Of a stretch of 64,000 bases of DNA, positions 57,731-64,000 are shown piece after piece. The notes under the pieces are model-generated. The model did no database searches and was not told the origin of the DNA. It saw only the letters and a program-made list of their open reading frames with translations. Numbering within the stretch: the stretch's first letter is position 1; each line of letters begins with the position of its first letter. A program made the translations under genes and the position numbers. Origin of the DNA: Chrysochromulina tobinii (lineage: Eukaryota); the NCBI GenBank assembly GCA_001275005.1, contig JWZX01003318.1, positions 1-64,000 of the forward strand, given 5' to 3'.

Positions 57731-58726
57731 ATGTGGGGTGCCAAGATGCAGCAAACAGCTGACAGCACAGGAAATGCTGTCGGCAAGGCGCTAAGCGTGT
57801 CAGAGGTGACGGCTATCGAGTACAACCGCTGGATGGTCGAGGAGGAGCACAAGAAGCTGGCGGAGGAGAGAAAGGATCAGCACAATGTGGAGCGCAGCCT
57901 CCGCAAGGAGCTGCGCGACAAGTATGTTGGGCTCGGCGCGGAGCACTATAGGGAGGACAAGGAGGCGATGAAGTCGGTGTCGGGTGGGTTGGAGTATCAT
58001 CGCAAGCAGAACCACGACAAGGGCAGCATCGTCAAGGCGGAGGTCGCCGAGCTTACAAAGAAGATGCACGACCAGCAGACGAGCTGGCAGCAGCACGGCT
58101 CGTCCCTCGCGCAGGAGTTCGGCAGCGATCAGAAGCGTAAAGTCAAAGCGTCCTTGACCGCCACGACGGCCCGCAAGCGCGAAAAGGCGCAGGCCGAGCG
58201 CGCCCTGCTCGGCGACCTTGAGAAGTCGCGCACGGAGCGGCGCAACCAGGCCGTCGATAACCGGCGGGAGCTGCGCGAGCTTATCCAGGGGCAGACTTCG
58301 GACGCAGTGACGCAGGAAGCGAAGAACCTTTTCTTTGAGCAGCGCAAGGTCATCGGCGACGACACGCGCTCGGCGATGAAGAAGTGGAAGGAGGAGCGTT
58401 CCAAGCAACAGGAGAAGAAGACGAGCAAGGCGCTCGAGGCGCGTGCGGCGGCCAAGGCGGCCCAGCAGGCAGCCAAGGAGTCGATCGAGACTGTGCGTGC
58501 GCAGCGCTCGCAGTCAGCCAAGGAGATGCGCGAGCGCAAGGCCTTCGTCGAGGGCAGCGGCGCCAAGGGCAAGGCCGAGACGAAGCACAACAACAAGGTA
58601 GTGCACGACATGATGAAGAGCCAAATGTTCGTCAATCCCATTCTCGCTGAGGATATGAAGGCGAAGGCGGGCAAACGCTATGCGGAGCTCACGCGCTCTG
58701 CCCCCGCCACCGGCTCGGCCGAGTGA
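57731..58726 (+). CDS. Hypothetical charged alpha-helical/coiled-coil protein
   Basis: 331-aa K/E/R/Q-rich ORF with strong GC3 bias, divergent from the TEX47-like gene. Confidence 0.75.
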   Translation: MWGAKMQQTADSTGNAVGKALSVSEVTAIEYNRWMVEEEHKKLAEERKDQHNVERSLRKELRDKYVGLGAEHYREDKEAMKSVSGGLEYHRKQNHDKGSIVKAEVAELTKKMHDQQTSWQQHGSSLAQEFGSDQKRKVKASLTATTARKREKAQAERALLGDLEKSRTERRNQAVDNRRELRELIQGQTSDAVTQEAKNLFFEQRKVIGDDTRSAMKKWKEERSKQQEKKTSKALEARAAAKAAQQAAKESIETVRAQRSQSAKEMRERKAFVEGSGAKGKAETKHNNKVVHDMMKSQMFVNPILAEDMKAKAGKRYAELTRSAPATGSAE

Positions 58727-59560
58727 GCCGCCGCCGCCGCCGCTGTGTGCCTGATGGCAGACGGATGCCGCTCCGAGCAGCGACGTGAGTTGCTCTAGCG
58801 CTCAGTGGTCCTCAGGCGCTGCTGTGCAACAGGCGCCGCGTCGAGTCCAGGGTGCTCGCATCTGAAGGGGGAGTGGAGGGGGTTGGAGTGCGCGTGGCTC
58901 GAGCGATGACTACTACGTGCGGCGCCGATCTCATGTGTCTCATGTTCATGACAGTGTATCTAGTACGGTGCAGTGTATGCACGCGCGGCCCGCGTGCCTA
59001 TCGAACTAGGTGGACGTAAGTGTTAAACAGATGTGTGCGTGTGGTATGTGTTGTGGCTGTTGCTATGCTTTCTGCATGCCTTTTCTTACCACCACGAACG
59101 TCAAGAACCGTGTCCCCGGCCTTATACCGTACCGGCGCGGCCTTACACCCGGCCCCGCCGCGCCCGCGGGGGCGGAACCGGGCGGCCCCCCCGGCACCGC
59201 GCGGCGTCACGTCACCCGACCGCTGTCGTACTCGCCGTGCGCGGCTGTGCACTCCACTAACACTCCACTGTGCTCACCGAGGACCGCCGTAACGCGTACA
59301 TGTAAGCGAGAGCACACCACTCAGCGCACACCCTGACACTCCACCGCCACGCACCAGAGGGGTGATACAGTGCCGCAGGCCCGCAGCCGGCACACCGCAC
59401 CTGCAACTATGCAGCAGTGGTACGTGGTACCTGCAAGAGTACACGAGGAGCCAGAGCTCTGTTCAGGGGCTCAGGCCTCTCACACCAAGCTCTCGGGACA
59501 CGCGGCCTGTCTCTCAAGATGAGCACTCGCTGGCGGCAGCGAGTCGCCTGTGCGAGCCCA

Positions 59561-62284
59561 TCACAGGCCCCGAGTTGAGGCAAGTCGACCGAGGGGCTCT
59601 GGCAAGAGTCCAGAATTGTACGACTGTGCACCCGTGAGCAACTCCTTTTGTCGTTTCCGAGGCCAGAAATTGCCGTCGCCGGGCATGAGAGCCATCGCGC
59701 AGGGGATGATGACCTTGGTCGTGACGAAACAATCGAGCAGCACGCCCATGCACAGCATGTATCCAATCTGGTTGAGCGTTGGGGAATTGCCGAGCACAAG
59801 CGCGCCAAAGGCGACGAACATGATGAGGCCCGCCACGCAGATGATGTTGCCCGTCTGCTCGAGGCCCTTGACTACGGCCGTCTTGCTGTCATGCCCCTCA
59901 TCGTAGAACTCGGCGACCGACTCCATGAAGAAGATGTCGTAGTCGAGGCCCAGGCCGACGACGATCGAGAAGGCGATGCACGGCGACATCCAGAAGAGGC
60001 CGCCGCTCACTGGCTGCAGACTTCCCCAGCCCAAGCCATCGAGCCAGCCGTCCTGGTAGATGCCGACCGCAGAGCCGAACGTGACGACGAGCATCCAGAT
60101 GAGGCAGAGCACAGCACGTAACGGCATGAAGACCGATTTGAACGCGAAGAGGAGCATGATGCACACGATGACGAGCGTCGCTCCTATGACACGCGGGAGC
60201 GAGTTGAATGTGTCCGTCGCTGCATCCATTTGCGAGAGTGGCGTACTCGTGAAGTAGATGGATCCGATCTGGACGCCGTTGAACTCGCCATTTAGGTTGT
60301 TGAGCTGGTCGCGCAGCGCACGAAGCCACGGCTGCCCCGTGCTCGTCGAGAAGGGGTCGAGGAGCGTCGAGACCGAAATTTTGGTCGCAGTGTGTGCCGA
60401 GTTATCGAAGACCCCCTGCAGCGCACCGAGTGCCTGTGCCATCTGCTCAGGCGGGATGGGGATTGGGGGCCCCTGACCCCCGAGCAGCTCTGCGACGCAG
60501 TAGCCTCCGAGAATCATGACGCCCTCGAAGTCAGAGGCCGACATCGTGCACGGATTCCCGTGGACGCTGCATCCTTCGGAAGCCAGCTGCACGGTCACCT
60601 GAGCCGCCACCTCCTGAAGAGCGAGGCAGGTTGCGTTGAGCCACTGCATGTCCGACGTCGAGGTGTTGCTCGGCGGAGTGATGACGAGCTGCTCGGGGAA
60701 GATGCTCGAGACTCCGAAGGCGTTCAGCAGATTGGTGAACGACAGAGTCGTGTAGTCGCCCCGCGGCATGGTCGGCAGCACGCCTTCGACGTAGTTCATT
60801 TGACGCAGGGGAAACGCAAACGGGACGCCGATGGCGACGCACGCGACGAGCAGGACGACGGCGAACAGCGGCGCCTGCGAGACACTGCCGAGACGCGGCC
60901 ATAGCCCCCTAGGGCCCAAGTCGGCCTTCGGCAGGGCCTCCGCCCCCAGCAGCGACTCCGACGAGGCCAGAATGTGACTCTGCCGAGCAGCCGGCGCATC
61001 GTTCGAGCAGCAACAGCCGTTGTCGAAGTTGAGGCCGAAGCGCCGGTTGGCGGTGAAGAAGCGAGGGCAGGTCAGCAGTAGCGTGGGCGTGAGGAGGAGG
61101 GAGAAGAAGATGGCGAACATCACCGTGAGCGCCGCCGCGATGCCCATCGATCGGATCGAGGAGACTGGGATGAGCAGCATGCCGAGGAAGCAGAGGCAGA
61201 GCGTGCTGCCGGACACGAGGACGGTATGCCCGGAGGTTTCGAGGGTCAGCTGGAGGGCACGGTTGAAGTCGCGACGCTGGACGTGCACCTCGACGTTGAA
61301 GCGGGTGAGAAGGAAGAGCGAGTAATCGATCGACATGGCGAGGCCCACCGCCACCATCAGGGCCGGAGCCTGTGAGGACACTTGCATGTTGGCCGCGATC
61401 GGATCCATGATGACGACGGACGCCAGGATGCAGCCGAAGATGTTGGCGAGTGTCAAGAGGAGCTGCCGCACGTTCCTGAGCATGATGCCCAGGAGGGCGA
61501 GGGCGATGGGCGCCGTCATGGTCGACAGCTTCATCGTCTCATCCACGCCTTGCAACGAGGCGGTGACTATGTCAGGAAACGAGATCACTGAGAACTGGAG
61601 GCCACTTGAGGTGCTGCCGGAGGCCGCGTTCGCGTCGTTCGCATAATTCCGAAAGGCCGTCGAAACGGCCGCAATCGGATCGCACCAACTATCCCCCGCG
61701 GACACGCAGTTTTCTTGCACAACTTGTCCATCGCAGGAGGTGACAGCAATCGAGTAAATCGTGCTGCTCGCGTTGACGCAATCTCCGCTACCCGTGTCGT
61801 CGCTGCACACATCAAACAGCTGCCTCTCGAGCACTGCGCCTACCACACTGGCAACACGGGGACCGTCGGACCCTTGTTGCCAAAACGACGTGAAGGTGTA
61901 CACGCACGACGCGTTCAGTTGCTCCGCCGCGATAGCTTCCAGAGCAGCGGAAGCGTTGGAGGCAGCTGCAGTAAGGTATGTGGTTCCATAGGGGGCAAAG
62001 GGCGAGCCAACACGCGTGGTGTTGATGATCGGCGTGCCATCGAGTGAGGTCGCCATGATGGTCAATGTCAACGGACTCTGCCCAAAGTAGTCTGAGTAAA
62101 TGTTTGCCGCCACGGCACTTTGCGAGCCGGCGGGCGCTGAGGATCCTGTGACAAGGTTGTCGTGGAATGGACGGTAGCGCCTTAGGCCGTCAATTATGAA
62201 GAACAGCCAAATCAGGATGACGACGGCTCGCACCCACGCGCGCGACAGCAGGGTGTCGACGAGGAATGCGGGCGCCCCACCCAT
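59561..62284 (-). CDS. MmpL/RND-family membrane transporter
   Basis: Two TM bundles with GLAMSIDYSLFLLTRF and GLGLDYDIF, plus SGHTVLVSG and TGNIICVAGLIM. No intron within the ORF. Confidence 0.88.
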   Translation of the reverse strand: MGGAPAFLVDTLLSRAWVRAVVILIWLFFIIDGLRRYRPFHDNLVTGSSAPAGSQSAVAANIYSDYFGQSPLTLTIMATSLDGTPIINTTRVGSPFAPYGTTYLTAAASNASAALEAIAAEQLNASCVYTFTSFWQQGSDGPRVASVVGAVLERQLFDVCSDDTGSGDCVNASSTIYSIAVTSCDGQVVQENCVSAGDSWCDPIAAVSTAFRNYANDANAASGSTSSGLQFSVISFPDIVTASLQGVDETMKLSTMTAPIALALLGIMLRNVRQLLLTLANIFGCILASVVIMDPIAANMQVSSQAPALMVAVGLAMSIDYSLFLLTRFNVEVHVQRRDFNRALQLTLETSGHTVLVSGSTLCLCFLGMLLIPVSSIRSMGIAAALTVMFAIFFSLLLTPTLLLTCPRFFTANRRFGLNFDNGCCCSNDAPAARQSHILASSESLLGAEALPKADLGPRGLWPRLGSVSQAPLFAVVLLVACVAIGVPFAFPLRQMNYVEGVLPTMPRGDYTTLSFTNLLNAFGVSSIFPEQLVITPPSNTSTSDMQWLNATCLALQEVAAQVTVQLASEGCSVHGNPCTMSASDFEGVMILGGYCVAELLGGQGPPIPIPPEQMAQALGALQGVFDNSAHTATKISVSTLLDPFSTSTGQPWLRALRDQLNNLNGEFNGVQIGSIYFTSTPLSQMDAATDTFNSLPRVIGATLVIVCIMLLFAFKSVFMPLRAVLCLIWMLVVTFGSAVGIYQDGWLDGLGWGSLQPVSGGLFWMSPCIAFSIVVGLGLDYDIFFMESVAEFYDEGHDSKTAVVKGLEQTGNIICVAGLIMFVAFGALVLGNSPTLNQIGYMLCMGVLLDCFVTTKVIIPCAMALMPGDGNFWPRKRQKELLTGAQSYNSGLLPEPLGRLASTRGL

Positions 62285-62579
62285 CCTTGGGGGGCGTCTG
62301 AAGTCCCGAGGGGTCAGCAGTGCCGAGGAGTGTCAGCTGTGTCACGGCTGGGGCGTGGCCACACAAGACCGTATGGAGCGGGCGACAGTCTTGAAGTATC
62401 GGGAGGTCCGATGCCTGTATTCGATAGGCGAGCTGACCATTTCTCAGAGGGGGGCAGTCGGAAAGACGCCTATGCTGATGCTCCGGAAAGCCGTACATTA
62501 CAGACAGCACGACGCAGACACCGCCGCCCTCTCCACTGAGATACATGTACTCTGATGCACTCAGGCAGACCAGAGGGGC

Positions 62580-63392
62580 TCAGCCGACGAGGCCGTCGTC
62601 GATGGAGCTTGCGCCGCCAAAGATGGCCATCTGAGCGGCGATGCTTCTGGGTCGCGGGGGCACCGCGCTCGCAGCCAACACGGATGACGCTACGACCGAG
62701 GGCGCGGCAACGGCGGGCGCGACGACAGAGAGCGCAGGCGCAGGAGCTGTGATCGCGGCCACGTCGGCATCCGCGTCGTCGTCGTCCTCGTCCTCGTCAT
62801 CGAGCGCTGCGTCGAGGTACGCATCCAGATCTGCCTGCGTCGCGGCGGTGAGTCCTGCAGCAAGAGGCGGTCCCTCGGGGCACGCCTGGACCTCCGCCAC
62901 CGCCGCGGTCCGCCGGTTGGCGAGGCTGCTTGCTCGAGCTCCAAGCGGATGCGACGGCGCATCCCGTGCAATCTGCGGCGGGCACGCCGAAGCCGGGACC
63001 GTCGGTCGCGCCTCCGGGTGCTCGCTCTCCCACTGGTGCAGCTTGCGGCGCCACTCTTTCACGCGCCCATCAAACTGGCGCTTCGAGTCCGGCTCCGTAA
63101 TGTCGGGCGTGCGAGGGTCTCCACGCTGCCGGTTGTGGCGCTTCACATCGCGAGCGTACCGCTCATAGGCCAACGTGTTTTTGCCTAGGTCGATCTGCTT
63201 CTGCCGCTGCTGCAGCTTGTGCGGGTCGGTGATCTTCTCGACCAGCGCAGCGGTGCCGACGGTGCCCGCATCATCTTCGGTGTCGTGGCGTGCGCGCTTG
63301 CCGTCCGATGGGGCCGGAGGCAGCTCCGCCGGTCGCTTGATTGTCGCTGCGCGCTGGGCGGCGCGGAAGGTTTCAGCGGCGGACGAACTCAT
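62580..63392 (-). CDS. SLBP: Histone mRNA stem-loop binding protein
   Basis: RQKQIDLGKNTLAYERY...PRTPD...SKRQFDGRVKEWRRKLHQW. Confidence 0.92.
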   Translation of the reverse strand: MSSSAAETFRAAQRAATIKRPAELPPAPSDGKRARHDTEDDAGTVGTAALVEKITDPHKLQQRQKQIDLGKNTLAYERYARDVKRHNRQRGDPRTPDITEPDSKRQFDGRVKEWRRKLHQWESEHPEARPTVPASACPPQIARDAPSHPLGARASSLANRRTAAVAEVQACPEGPPLAAGLTAATQADLDAYLDAALDDEDEDDDDADADVAAITAPAPALSVVAPAVAAPSVVASSVLAASAVPPRPRSIAAQMAIFGGASSIDDGLVG

Positions 63393-63625
63393 ATTTGCCG
63401 CCAGTTCTGATCTTTTCGTAGTTCATACGTGTGGGAGTTCAAGTGCGTAAAGTTGGGGGGGGGTAGACACACTAAAATGTACATGAACTTAAAGGTGATC
63501 CATGAAGTAAACGATTCACACGTCGTGGGCGGCGCAATGGCAGCGCCGTCGGAATTGAGGCGTCGGTCGGCGACGGACTTCCTTCGGCGCTGGCTTGCTC
63601 GGCGTCTGGCGGCTGGGGCGTCTGG

Positions 63626-64000
63626 ATGACGTTTGTACGCATCCTTTGCGGTCCACCGTGCTCTCGCAAGGCGCACGCTGAGCAGGGCTTCGGCGCGGCC
63701 GCCACGCTCGACTGCAGCCGCGACACACGCACAGCAGTCATCAAACGCGTTCTAGCCCGGCTGAAGTCGAGCTCCGGCCAGTCCACCCTGGTGGACCAGC
63801 CGCATTCGGCGGCAACGCTGAGGCCACAACTGGAACTGAATCAGATGGATGTGGAACTGGTGGACTGCATGCCGGAGGGTGGCCTTTTGCAGTGCGTGTG
63901 GGCAAACGAGTTTGCATTGGCCGACGCTGCCGAGATGTCCAAGAGCTACTTGCCCCTCGCATTCACGGAGGCGGCAGCGGCGCGAGTCTACCCGTTGCAC
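63626..64000 (+). CDS. 5' part of an ORF with a degenerate P-loop-like start (open at the window edge; not in the ORF track)
   Basis: MTFVRILCGPPCSRK... runs 125 codons without a stop; divergent from SLBP. Confidence 0.45.
   Translation, partial: MTFVRILCGPPCSRKAHAEQGFGAAATLDCSRDTRTAVIKRVLARLKSSSGQSTLVDQPHSAATLRPQLELNQMDVELVDCMPEGGLLQCVWANEFALADAAEMSKSYLPLAFTEAAAARVYPLH

Overview
GC-rich eukaryotic genomic DNA with spliceosomal introns. The gene content suggests a flagellated alga, probably a haptophyte (inference only). Left to right: (1) A DIRS/Ngaro-type retrotransposon on the minus strand. It has a gag-like ORF1, a G_GGU_UUU slippery site, and a >1600-codon RT-RNase H ORF that the ORF track misses because it has no stop before the window edge. 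It appears to be interrupted at nt 90 by another element. (2) A gene-dense host block: FHA-TDP1-HAD fusion, BORCS5, erlin, GT-A glycosyltransferase, a multi-exon R-S-E ADP-ribosyltransferase/LRR/ankyrin protein, a Pro-rich CUB/lectin membrane protein, TM9SF, an Orai-like 4-TM protein, CEP164, an EF-hand/HET-like/LRR protein and a 2OG-Fe(II) oxygenase. (3) A young 4.3-kb IS630/Tc1-mariner-superfamily transposon with ~55-bp G4-containing TIRs and a TA duplication. It carries two convergent genes, an intron-containing DD33D transposase and an unknown ~700-aa cargo, and sits 4 nt upstream of the oxygenase ATG. (4) A decayed KH/RING gene, a TBL-type O-acyltransferase, a PBZ/BED-like relic, TEX47/DYBLUP-like, an MmpL/RND transporter and SLBP. 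Several repeat-filled introns are bounded by 7-8-bp direct repeats, as in Introner elements. Many single-base frameshifts fall in homopolymer runs and are probably assembly errors. All family calls come from motif recognition by eye, not database searches.
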